From a virus (Duplodnaviria; Caudoviricetes): 46,311 nt of DNA. This document shows, in pieces, positions 8,296 through 16,190 of the stretch. The position numbers and the translations under genes are program-made. The stretch is taken from positions 1 through 46,311 of the IMG/VR virus record IMGVR_UViG_3300028145_000044; one strand, written 5' to 3'. How positions within the stretch are numbered: position 1 is the first letter of the stretch; each line of letters starts with the position of its first letter. The notes beneath the pieces were generated by a model. It ran no database searches. It saw nothing but the letters and a program-made list of their open reading frames with translations, and had not been told where the DNA came from.

Positions 8296-9208
8296 CGATC
8301 TGTTGCGGAATGTGTGCCTTGACCGTCACTGCCACGGTCGGCTTGACTTCGTATCCTTTGCGCGGCGAGCGGGTGATCTTGACGCGGATGCCCTGCGGCA
8401 GTTCGATCTCGTCCGCATCCTTGGCCAGCGCCAGGAGCTTGGCCTTGGATTTCTCCTCGACCTTCTCGGCCGCGAGCCGCACGACGCGCTGGTAATCGGC
8501 ATCGACCACCATCTGCGCAAGCTTGGTCGCCTCGACATCGCCGAGCACCGCGGCAGCATCGATGATCTCGCCCGACGGCACCGCGAAGATGATCTTGAGC
8601 AGCGGGACCTCGATCGGGGATCCGAACGGCTCCGGTTCGTTGCCGGCCTCGACATCGGCGAAGAACTGCCGCGCCTCGTTCTCGAACAACTCCCACAGGT
8701 CCGGCATCGGCTTGCGGTGGAAATAGGTCATGTCCCCGCCGCACCACAGCGCGATGGTGCCCCACTCGTAGGGCGTCACGCCATCGCCGACATACATCTG
8801 CTGCTGAAGCTGGATCTCGTGCTGGCGAGGCGGGGTCTTGCCGCCGTCCCACTCCTGCATCAGGATCTTGTAATCGAAGCAGCACTTGGTTTCGAGCGCG
8901 CCGGGGCCGCGCTGCGGGTCGTAGATATCGGCATCGCGGGAGCAGCCGAGCAGGCCGCGCCGCAGATAGACCTGCGAGCCGTCGGGCTGGCGATTGGTCT
9001 TGACCTCGAGCCGCAATTCCTCGGCGGCCTGCTCCAGCAAAAGCGGCTCCATCTTGGTTCCCCAATCGAGCCGGTTGTGCTCGGGGCCTGGCGCCTCAAT
9101 GCCTTTCGCGAAGCGCTGGTAAAGCATCCACTTCGTCACGTAAGGCGACACGCCGAGCAGGCCGGACATCTCGGTTGCGCTGATGGTTTTTTTGGTTGGA
9201 TCAGGCAT
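8273..9208 (-). CDS. YqaJ / lambda-exonuclease family nuclease
   Basis: ISATE..GLLGVSPY, WGTKMEP, CSRDAD, LETK, QLQQQM; adjacent to recT. Confidence 0.85.
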   Translation of the reverse strand: MPDPTKKTISATEMSGLLGVSPYVTKWMLYQRFAKGIEAPGPEHNRLDWGTKMEPLLLEQAAEELRLEVKTNRQPDGSQVYLRRGLLGCSRDADIYDPQRGPGALETKCCFDYKILMQEWDGGKTPPRQHEIQLQQQMYVGDGVTPYEWGTIALWCGGDMTYFHRKPMPDLWELFENEARQFFADVEAGNEPEPFGSPIEVPLLKIIFAVPSGEIIDAAAVLGDVEATKLAQMVVDADYQRVVRLAAEKVEEKSKAKLLALAKDADEIELPQGIRVKITRSPRKGYEVKPTVAVTVKAHIPQQIDGAFGGI

Positions 9209-9689
9209 CGATGGCCTTTCTGATCTGCTCGACGCGCGCCGCGAACTCGGGATCTGCGGCGATCTTGGCTTCGACCATCTCGATCGCGTGCCTGGCCGTT
9301 GCGTTGTCACGATCGCCGAATGCGCGGCCGATCGCCGGAAACGAATGCTTCGTCATCATCCTGGCCAGATACATGCCAAGCTGACGCGCATCCACGAACG
9401 GTCTCAGCCTTCGATCGGATTCCATGTCGAACACTGAAACTCCGGTCGCGGCCGATACGGCGCGCTTGATCTTGGAGATGGGATGTTCGAGCTTCTCCAA
9501 TTCCGGGAAGCTGTACCAGGTCACGCGGAAGGCATTTTCCGGCGTTTTCTCCGGCACGGTCGGCGGCAGCGCGACGATGGGCGCAGGCTCGACCACAACC
9601 GCCATCGGCTGCACGCGGGCCGGCCTGTATCGCGCCGGCGCCGACCGAGCCGCGATGATCGCGCGCCGCAGGACCATGTCGGGATTCAT
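9201..9689 (-). CDS. DnaA C-terminal (domain IV) HTH protein
   Basis: ARQLGMYLAR.MT.HSFPAIGRAFGDRDNAT matches the DnaA domain IV pattern; no AAA+ domain. Confidence 0.85.
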   Translation of the reverse strand: MNPDMVLRRAIIAARSAPARYRPARVQPMAVVVEPAPIVALPPTVPEKTPENAFRVTWYSFPELEKLEHPISKIKRAVSAATGVSVFDMESDRRLRPFVDARQLGMYLARMMTKHSFPAIGRAFGDRDNATARHAIEMVEAKIAADPEFAARVEQIRKAIDA

Positions 9690-9859
9690 GCCGCCTTCTC
9701 CGCGTCGTTGTCGAAATGCCAGTCCTCGTTCACCTGCTGGAACTCCCGCGCCATCGCGTCGCAATGCTTGGCGAACAGCGCGGGATCAGCGGCGCACGGC
9801 TCGCTCCGGAGAAAATGCTCGGCGAGCGCGTAGCAGGCGGGGTCATAGGTTTTGGGCAT
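9686..9859 (-). CDS. Hypothetical protein
   Basis: MPKTYDPACYALAEHFL; overlaps neighbours. Confidence 0.65.
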   Translation of the reverse strand: MPKTYDPACYALAEHFLRSEPCAADPALFAKHCDAMAREFQQVNEDWHFDNDAEKAA

Positions 9860-10131
9860 CACGCTGCCTCGGGCTTGTTTTCGATCATGTGAAAGCGCGT
9901 CAGCACCTCGGTGCAGCCCGGCCCGGTCAGCATCACGACGACCTGATCGGCGATGTCCCAGTCGGCGCGATATGCCTCGGTCCATTCGGCGCCCATCGCG
10001 CGCTGAAACCTGCGCTCCTGAGCGCCGGCGGCATCGGCGATCCTCCGAATGATCGCGGTGCCGTCCTGCCAGACCGGGTTGGTGAAGATCTGGAGCAGCG
10101 CGTGGTGGCGCTTGCGGTCATGCGGGGTCAT
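9859..10131 (-). CDS. Hypothetical protein
   Basis: Operon packing. Confidence 0.6.
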   Translation of the reverse strand: MTPHDRKRHHALLQIFTNPVWQDGTAIIRRIADAAGAQERRFQRAMGAEWTEAYRADWDIADQVVVMLTGPGCTEVLTRFHMIENKPEAA

Positions 10132-10321
10132 AGCGCGGTGCTCCAGATGATGAGGATGTGGACGAGGCAGATCAGCGCGAAGCGGACCTCGGACGGAGAG
10201 AATGTCATTGGATGACCGAGGCGATCGGGGCCGCGTCGAACACGAGCCCCGTCAGCACGGCGATCACGGGCGCTGCGAGCATGGCGGAGAGCACGACGAT
10301 GATTTTGTCGGCGATGGTCAT
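10128..10321 (-). CDS. Two tandem tiny hydrophobic ORFs (10205-10321 and 10128-10208)
   Basis: MTIADKIIVVLSAMLAAPVIAVLTGLVF... and MTFSPSEVRFALICLVHILIIWSTAL, chained by ATGA overlaps. Confidence 0.55.
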
Positions 10322-10572
10322 GCGGATTTCTCCAGCATGTGAAATACGCGCGTGTCCGGCACATCGGCCATCTCGCGGACCCGCGACTTCGCCTCGTATT
10401 TGCTGTTAAATTTGGTGGCCGCGTTCGGATCGCCGATCCAGGCCAGGGTCGTGTGGTTCTTGTCGTCTAAGCCAATCTGCGCGAATTGGTTGAGACCTTC
10501 CGCCAGCTTGATGACGAATTGTGGCTGCGAGGGCAGTGCAGCCTTCTTGGATTTTCCCCCGATTGCGACCAT
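10318..10572 (-). CDS. First gene of the leftward early operon, hypothetical
   Basis: GGGAG RBS; directly downstream of the left operators. Confidence 0.7.
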   Translation of the reverse strand: MVAIGGKSKKAALPSQPQFVIKLAEGLNQFAQIGLDDKNHTTLAWIGDPNAATKFNSKYEAKSRVREMADVPDTRVFHMLEKSA

Positions 10573-10604
10573 GTGCGGCTCCCATCAGCGATCTGATGGA
10601 GGCA

Positions 10605-10644
10605 GTCAAGCACGCCTTCACATGTCTGTCAAGCGCTACTTCAC
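10605..10644. promoter_or_regulatory. Two left operators (OL-like) overlapping a leftward promoter
   Basis: GTCAAG-cacgc-CTTCAC (10605-10621) and GTCAAG-cgcta-CTTCAC (10628-10644); TTGACA on the minus strand at 10632-10627. Confidence 0.8.
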
Positions 10645-10961
10645 GACCGCTTTACGCGTGGGTGATCCTGATCCTGCTGATTCAGGAGAGCGTCGACCAT
10701 TGCCTCGATCATCGCCTGCTGATCGGTGCCGAGCTGGCTGATCTTGGTCGCGAGTACGCCAGGTGCTCGCTTGTTGCCGTAGAAATATTCGACCGGAACA
10801 TCGAGATGCTGCGAAAGCTGCTGGATATGCTTTCTCGGATCGGTCTCATCCCGCTCCCATTGCCAAACGAGCTGCTTCGTCACGCCCATCTCGTCGGCGA
10901 GCTTTTGCAGGCTCCATTTTTTGGAGGTTCTAGCCTGCTTGATCCGGGTTCCCAATGTCAT
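10641..10961 (-). CDS. CI-like XRE HTH repressor, 106 aa, no S24 peptidase domain
   Basis: LGTRIKQAR...SLQKLADEMGVTKQLVWQWERD; divergent from cro; TATTCT at -12..-7 from ATG suggests a leaderless mRNA. Confidence 0.85.
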   Translation of the reverse strand: MTLGTRIKQARTSKKWSLQKLADEMGVTKQLVWQWERDETDPRKHIQQLSQHLDVPVEYFYGNKRAPGVLATKISQLGTDQQAMIEAMVDALLNQQDQDHPRVKRS

Positions 10962-10970
10962 CCGGATAGA

Positions 10971-11034
10971 ATAAAGCGCAGCTTGACTGTGTAAATGAAG
11001 AGAGACTTGACTTTGGCGTGAAGCCGTGCTTGAC
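10971..11034. promoter_or_regulatory. Three right operators (OR-like) with divergent promoters
   Basis: ATAAAG-cgcag-CTTGAC (10971-10987), ATGAAG-agaga-CTTGAC (10995-11011), GTGAAG-ccgtg-CTTGAC (11018-11034); 24/23-bp period. Confidence 0.85.
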
Positions 11035-11043
11035 ATTGCGGCC

Positions 11044-11250
11044 ATGTCAGAAACACCCTTGGAACGCGCTATCGCAGCCGCCGGCGGCCTTACGAAACTC
11101 GCCGCTTCCTTGAAGATCAGCAAGCAGGCGGTGCTGCAGTGGGAAGAGGTCCCGCCGCTCCGCGTGCTCGCCGTCGAGCGCGCCTCCGGCGTGTCTCGCC
11201 ATGAGCTGCGGCCTGATCTGTATCCGTTGGATGATGAGGTGCGCGCGTGA
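11044..11250 (+). CDS. cro: Cro/YdaS-like regulator
   Basis: AIAAAGG.TKLA..L.ISKQAV.QW..VP...VSRHELRPDLY. Confidence 0.85.
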   Translation: MSETPLERAIAAAGGLTKLAASLKISKQAVLQWEEVPPLRVLAVERASGVSRHELRPDLYPLDDEVRA

Positions 11251-11463
11251 CGCCAAGGGCCGCGAATGACATGTCCCACGATGCCTCCCGTGCGCCCTCT
11301 TTTTTTTCAACTTCAGGGCGAGTGTCACAGCTTCGACGGCATCGTGTCGAAAATGTGACGGCGGTATCGCAATCGCGAAAAAGTGTCGGGCCCAGACCAT
11401 GAACGGTAACTCCGTACGCAACGCACTACGCCGGTACGTCGCGCCAGCGAGGATTTGGTTCAA

Positions 11464-11739
11464 ATGATGCATCCCGTCCTCGAGCTCGCAAACCCTTTCA
11501 AGACCTCTACGGTGACACTCCTGCCCACCGTCGAGCCGGTCGCCGAACCATCACTAGAGCCCCCCTCAGGGATGGCTCCGGCGGCCGGACAAATTCCCGC
11601 CGGCTACGTGCTCGTCGAGCGCGAATTGCTCGGCCGGCTGCTCAAGCGCGTGCAGATGATCCAGGCGCGCGATCGCGAGGCGCTGCGTGAGCGGCTGCCA
11701 TCGTTCCTCACCGCGGACCACCTCCGGAGGCATGCATGA
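11464..11739 (+). CDS. Hypothetical protein
   Basis: GAGGA upstream; ATGA overlap with the next gene. Confidence 0.55.
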   Translation: MMHPVLELANPFKTSTVTLLPTVEPVAEPSLEPPSGMAPAAGQIPAGYVLVERELLGRLLKRVQMIQARDREALRERLPSFLTADHLRRHA

Positions 11740-12023
11740 TGACCGGCCACAATTCCAAAGAGCAGATCCGATCCATCGTCGAGCGCATCGAGCGGCTGGA
11801 GGAGGAACGCAAGGCGATCGGCGATGACATCCGCGACGTCTATGCGGAGGCCAAGGGCAACGGCTACGACGTCAAGGCGCTGCGGGCCGTCATTCGCCTG
11901 CGCAAGCAGGACGCGGCTGCGCGCGCCGAGCACGAGGCCATTCTGGAGACCTACATGCAGGCGCTGGGCATGCTGTCGGATACGCCGCTCGGGCAAGCCG
12001 CTATCGCGAGGGCCGTTGCTTGA
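11736..12023 (+). CDS. GapR-like (DUF2312) DNA-binding protein
   Basis: [47 protein letters not shown]...[13 protein letters not shown]. Confidence 0.9.
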   Translation: MMTGHNSKEQIRSIVERIERLEEERKAIGDDIRDVYAEAKGNGYDVKALRAVIRLRKQDAAARAEHEAILETYMQALGMLSDTPLGQAAIARAVA

Positions 12024-12508
12024 TCGACTTCACCGCCGCGCCGAGCCAAACCGACCCGCCGTTTACGTGCCCGGCTGACGCCTTGGCTGATCCGGTAACC
12101 ATCAGCCTCGCCGGCGATCCGCAAGGGAAGGGCCGCGCGCGGGCGTTTCGCCGCGGTAATTTCATTGGCCATTACACGCCAGAGAAAACCAGATCATACG
12201 AGGGCATGGTGCGCACCGCGGCCATGGAGGCCATGGGTGCGCGCGTGCCGTTCGATGAGCCCGTCGAGTTCGTGGTGCGGGCCATCTTCGCGGTGCCAGC
12301 GTCATGGTCCGCGAAGAAGCGCGCGGCGGCCATCACCGGCATGATCAAGCCCGGCAAGAAGCCAGATTGGGACAACATCGGAAAGGCATGGAGCGACGCG
12401 CTCAACGGCGTTGTTTTCAGGGATGATTGCCTGATCGTCAAGGTCAGTATCGAAAAGCGCTACGGGCCGCAGCCGCTCGTCGTCGCAGTCGTGAGGCCGT
12501 GCGCGTGA
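12020..12508 (+). CDS. rusA: RusA Holliday junction resolvase
   Basis: [30 protein letters not shown]. Confidence 0.9.
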   Translation: MIDFTAAPSQTDPPFTCPADALADPVTISLAGDPQGKGRARAFRRGNFIGHYTPEKTRSYEGMVRTAAMEAMGARVPFDEPVEFVVRAIFAVPASWSAKKRAAAITGMIKPGKKPDWDNIGKAWSDALNGVVFRDDCLIVKVSIEKRYGPQPLVVAVVRPCA

Positions 12509-13308
12509 GGTCAGCAAACCTTATCGCCACGGAGTTGATCGCGTCGGGTCTCGACCAGGCGCAAACCGCGTTGCTAATGGAATTGATTCTGAGCATGTCC
12601 ACCGGATTGTCCACCGGACAAGGTGGTGAAAATCGCGCGCTGGAGAAGCGGCGAGCATGGGATCGGGATCGTAAAGCACGCGAGCGGAAGGAGAAAAAAC
12701 TTCCGCATCTATCCACCGGACTTCCACCGGAGTCCACCGGAATTCCGGTGGAAAATGCGGATGTTTGCCTATCAGTAGAAGACAAGGAAGCAGGTCTATC
12801 AGTGAAGAAAGAACCAAAGAAAGTAAGCAAGAAAGGAAGTCGACTATTGAGCGGTACGCGCGTGAGCGACGAGAACCGCGCGATCGCGATCGAGTGCGGA
12901 TGTCCACCGGACAGAGTGGACGGATTGTGGGCCGAGTTTGTCGACTACTGGTCGGATATTCCCGGCACGAAGGGCTGCAAGCTGTCGTGGACCGGAACGT
13001 GGCGCAATCGAGTGAAATTCGTCTTTCAAACAGGGAACGGAAATGTCCACGGAAATAGCACTCTTCGAGCCAATACCGCTGCCGGATCCCCGCAGACCCG
13101 CGACACTGCCGTCATTGCCGGCATGGGCCGCGCGCTTGAACGGCGCCGTGCGGCTCGAGCTGCAGATGACGCCGGACGGCAAGACCTTCGAGAAGGCGGA
13201 TGTCCTGGTGCTGCCGCCGGACCTGATGCCGACGGAGCGGCAGATCCTGGCGATGCGGAGCCATCAGGCCAACTTGCGTTCCTACCTGTTGGACACGCCC
13301 GCGCATAG
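12505..13308 (+). CDS. Replication initiator (O-like) with internal origin
   Basis: GTGA overlap with rusA; basic central linker with iterons; EFVDYW...K.SW..TWRN C-terminal motif. Confidence 0.75.
   Translation: MRSANLIATELIASGLDQAQTALLMELILSMSTGLSTGQGGENRALEKRRAWDRDRKARERKEKKLPHLSTGLPPESTGIPVENADVCLSVEDKEAGLSVKKEPKKVSKKGSRLLSGTRVSDENRAIAIECGCPPDRVDGLWAEFVDYWSDIPGTKGCKLSWTGTWRNRVKFVFQTGNGNVHGNSTLRANTAAGSPQTRDTAVIAGMGRALERRRAARAADDAGRQDLREGGCPGAAAGPDADGAADPGDAEPSGQLAFLPVGHARA
12598..12911. repeat. Iterons TCCACCGGA x7, candidate replication origin
   Basis: Copies at 12598, 12610, 12712, 12723, 12733, 12744 (inverted) and 12903, with an A-rich tract at about 12770-12840. Confidence 0.8.
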
Positions 13309-13786
13309 CGTCACCGCCGAGACGCGGGTCGCGACTGCGGTGTCAAAACTGCTGACCGTGCTCGCCGGCGAGCGCAAATCTGATCTGGTCGAGGAAGCGC
13401 GCAGCGAGGTTTACCTCGACGTGCTCGACGATGTCCCGTGCTGGGCCGTCGAATCGGCTGTCAGGCGCTGGTTCAAGCACGACTGCGGCGCGGACGAGCG
13501 CGGCAAGCCCTACGCCTACCAGTGGGCTCCCGACCCGGGCACGCTGCGCAATATCGCCCAGGAGGACGCACGCGCGCTCGGCGCCAGGATTGGGCAGATA
13601 CAGCGCATTCTCGACGCGCGCGAGTTCGTCGACTGCAGCATGCAGATCGAGAACGGCCGCAAGGCCATGATTGGGCTGAATGAGACGATCAAAAGCAAGG
13701 GCTTGTCCGCTGCATCTGCGCTGACATTCGCCGATGCCATCGCGATCGCGGAGGGAAGTTCCAAAAAGGCCGAGGCCGCGGAATGA
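13043..13786 (+). CDS. Putative helicase-loader / P-like replication protein
   Basis: Position after the initiator; YLDVLDDVPCWAVESAVRRW...WAPDPGTLR. Confidence 0.6.
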   Translation: MSTEIALFEPIPLPDPRRPATLPSLPAWAARLNGAVRLELQMTPDGKTFEKADVLVLPPDLMPTERQILAMRSHQANLRSYLLDTPAHSVTAETRVATAVSKLLTVLAGERKSDLVEEARSEVYLDVLDDVPCWAVESAVRRWFKHDCGADERGKPYAYQWAPDPGTLRNIAQEDARALGARIGQIQRILDAREFVDCSMQIENGRKAMIGLNETIKSKGLSAASALTFADAIAIAEGSSKKAEAAE

Positions 13787-13989
13787 CCGTGCACGCCCCC
13801 GATCTCTTCCCGCTTCGCCGCGCGCCCATGTTCACCGCCGAGCGTGACGCCTACCTCCGCGCCAACCCGACGATCGATCCGTTCATTCTCGCCGATGCGC
13901 TCGGGCTGTCGGCCCGTACCGTCTGCATGTACCAGCGCAAGCTCGGGATTCGGCTCTGCACCTGGCACGATCATGGAGCGACGCAATGA
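13783..13989 (+). CDS. Small HTH protein
   Basis: FTAERDAYLR...LADALGLSARTV....RKLGI. Confidence 0.65.
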   Translation: MTVHAPDLFPLRRAPMFTAERDAYLRANPTIDPFILADALGLSARTVCMYQRKLGIRLCTWHDHGATQ

Positions 13990-14306
13990 ACGAGATGCGA
14001 GAGCGAGTGGCGAGGGCGCTGGCACATGCCGCCGGTGGCAAGATGATCGGCCCAGGGCGATGCCGAGCGATGCAGGAGTTCGGATGGCATGGCGATGGCA
14101 AACACCTCGAGCTCTACGCCGAGGCGCACTGGAAGGATTTCGACAACGATGCCGGATTTGCGCTCTCGGCCATGCGCCTGCCGACGTTGGCAATGCTCCG
14201 CGCGGCGTGCGCAAAAGCGGCCGAGGAGCAGGTCAGGCCCGTGGCCATACGACTGACCGACGCAGAGCAGATGTTCACGGCCATGATCGACGAGGCCCTG
14301 AAATGA
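13986..14306 (+). CDS. Hypothetical phage protein
   Basis: MRERVARAL...AMR.PT.AM...AMIDEAL; ATGA overlaps. Confidence 0.7.
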   Translation: MNEMRERVARALAHAAGGKMIGPGRCRAMQEFGWHGDGKHLELYAEAHWKDFDNDAGFALSAMRLPTLAMLRAACAKAAEEQVRPVAIRLTDAEQMFTAMIDEALK

Positions 14307-14503
14307 GCGACGAACGACAACTCATTGAGCGCAGATCACTGATCAAGGCGGCGTTCATCGACCACTATCGCGGTGAGCGCGATCGTGCGGAGAAATGCCT
14401 CCGGGACCTCACGGACCTGTTCGGCGAACGCGGACAATCGGCCGAGGAATTGAATGTCGCCATTTTGGAGCGGCTGATCGCTCACTATGCGAGAAAATCA
14501 TGA
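14303..14503 (+). CDS. Hypothetical protein
   Basis: ATGA overlaps at both ends (MSDERQ...). Confidence 0.65.
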   Translation: MSDERQLIERRSLIKAAFIDHYRGERDRAEKCLRDLTDLFGERGQSAEELNVAILERLIAHYARKS

Positions 14504-15012
14504 CGGACGCGCCGCTCGCCACCATCCGCCGGCATCAGGACATCGTCGAGGTCTTCCGCCTCGCCAAGGCCATGCGCGGGCTCACCAACGAGTTCGTCGA
14601 CGATGTCGGAGGCCTCACCAAGGGCCACACCGACAAGATCCTCGGACCCACCGAATTCCGCTCCTGGGGGCCGACGACGTTCGACCTGTTCTGCGAGCTG
14701 TTCGCCATCGAGTTCCGGGTGTATGTCGACGAAGCCGCGGCGAAACGCATGGCCGACGTCTGGGAAGGCCGCAAACGTGCAGTCGAGATCAGCGAAACGC
14801 GCCGCATTTCGGTCAAGCTGATCGAGAAGGCAAAACCGCATGTTTTGAAGGCCTTTTCGCAACTCGGAAACGATGCGCGGCAGAAAATGCTTCCAAGCGA
14901 GCAACGTATTGAAATAGCTCGAAAAGCCGCAAAAGTACGGTGGCGCAGACATCGCAAGATGAAGCGCTGCAAGATGCTTCCCGGTTCGTTCGAAACCGCT
15001 GTGGCAGAGTGA
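14500..15012 (+). CDS. HTH-containing basic protein, candidate late-gene activator
   Basis: N-terminal XRE-like HTH, C-terminal EQRIEIARKAAKVRW; last gene before the first late-type promoter. Confidence 0.6.
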   Translation: MTDAPLATIRRHQDIVEVFRLAKAMRGLTNEFVDDVGGLTKGHTDKILGPTEFRSWGPTTFDLFCELFAIEFRVYVDEAAAKRMADVWEGRKRAVEISETRRISVKLIEKAKPHVLKAFSQLGNDARQKMLPSEQRIEIARKAAKVRWRRHRKMKRCKMLPGSFETAVAE

Positions 15013-15019
15013 TTACCGT

Positions 15020-15060
15020 GTGCGTTGCAGGAGCATGATGATGCTTTCATGATCGCGTCA
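15020..15060 (+). promoter_or_regulatory. Late-type promoter 1 (leaderless)
   Basis: GTGCGTTG at -40 and CATGAT at -12 relative to ATG 15060. Confidence 0.75.
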
Positions 15061-15590
15061 TGGTCATCATTCGCCCCGATCCAAAGTGGGTTGCAGCCCA
15101 AAAACTCGACATCAAGCGGCGCTACGAGCATCACCCGAAGGTCGGCAAGCGCACCAGGTCCATGGCTGCGCTGCGCATCGCCGATCTCACGCGATGGCTC
15201 GACGACGCGATTGGACAAGGTGTCGAGCTCGAGCCGTGCCAGCCGTCGGCTGACCTCGCCAGAATCTTTGTGCATCATTTCGTTGTGCTCGCCGACGGCA
15301 ACCGCAAGGCTGCGGACTGGCTCGCCGCCTATTGCCCATGGATCGATCGCCGCGACCGCGAACACATGATCACCGAGGCCAATCACTGTCCGCTCAAATG
15401 GTCCGCCGACAAGATGGCATGGAAGATCGGACTGAAAGACGAGCAACGCTCCAGGCTCAAGATTACCACCATCGGTGCCGTCGACTGCAGCAGGGAACAG
15501 CGGATGAAGCGACGAAAGGCCCGCCAAGCCGAACTCCAGAAAGCCCTCCGAGCTCGCCGCAAGGCCCAGCGTCAACACCATATAGGTTGA
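15060..15590 (+). CDS. Basic hypothetical protein
   Basis: WSADK.A..IGL....R..LKITTIGAVD and an Arg/Lys-rich tail. Confidence 0.75.
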   Translation: MVIIRPDPKWVAAQKLDIKRRYEHHPKVGKRTRSMAALRIADLTRWLDDAIGQGVELEPCQPSADLARIFVHHFVVLADGNRKAADWLAAYCPWIDRRDREHMITEANHCPLKWSADKMAWKIGLKDEQRSRLKITTIGAVDCSREQRMKRRKARQAELQKALRARRKAQRQHHIG

Positions 15591-15595
15591 TATAT

Positions 15596-15781
15596 ATGCT
15601 GTTGACGCATCGCGACCCAGATCACCACGCCAACCGCCCTGTCGCCACCCACGGTCACCGCAGGCCGGACCCCTCACTGGTCATCGCCCTCCTCAAGACG
15701 CGATTGACCGAGCTCGATCCCTCCAGCATCCGCAGACAGGCGATCGAGCAGATGATCAAAGCGGTAGAGAGACGGGAATGA
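15596..15781 (+). CDS. Hypothetical protein
   Basis: Short ORF after the previous stop. Confidence 0.4.
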   Translation: MLLTHRDPDHHANRPVATHGHRRPDPSLVIALLKTRLTELDPSSIRRQAIEQMIKAVERRE

Positions 15782-16149
15782 CCTCGTCCGTTTGCTGCAT
15801 CAACTAACCGTTGACTTTGTCAACGATCTGGAGGGTCAGTCACCGCTCTGACACGTGACTGACACACCATGCTCGTAAACTATTGATATTGCTCACATGG
15901 TTGTCCCTTGCGCAGGGACATTGCGTTATTGGGTCATCAGCGAAACGCCTGGCGAGGTCTGGCGAAACGCAATGGGCTGAAGCGCTATGTCATTGATATT
16001 GCAAGAGAAAAGACCGGGGGAGGGTGGGGGTGGGGGGAAAACGGCAGCCCGTCGTTAAATTCGACCTACCCCCTCTCTTTCGCGGTCCCTGTTCCAAAAG
16101 GTGTTGCATTTCAGCAACTTAGCTTGGAACCGGCTGGTTTCTCGGGCGG
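15782..16149. other. Candidate packaging / genome-terminus region
   Basis: Largest non-coding gap, just before terS; several dyads, IHF consensus at 15876-15888 (minus strand TATCAATAGTTTA), G-tract at 16016-16037. Confidence 0.6.
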
Positions 16150-16190
16150 GTGCGTTGTTCTGAGTAACTGTTAGCCTCACCTTCCATTCA
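16150..16190 (+). promoter_or_regulatory. Late-type promoter 2 (leaderless)
   Basis: GTGCGTTG at -40 and CACCTT at -12 relative to ATG 16190. Confidence 0.75.

Noticed and set aside
10962-11279. N-terminal extension of the repressor in the 212-aa ORF call
   Set aside because: It overlaps cro and the operators on the opposite strand; the HTH begins at Met 10961
12598-12752. CRISPR-like mini-array
   Set aside because: The repeats are 9 bp with 1-3 bp or irregular spacing inside a coding region; they fit iterons, and no cas genes are present
15908-16174. 88-aa ORF in the pre-terminase gap
   Set aside because: TTG start without RBS; runs through the G-tract, dyads and promoter 2; more likely non-coding
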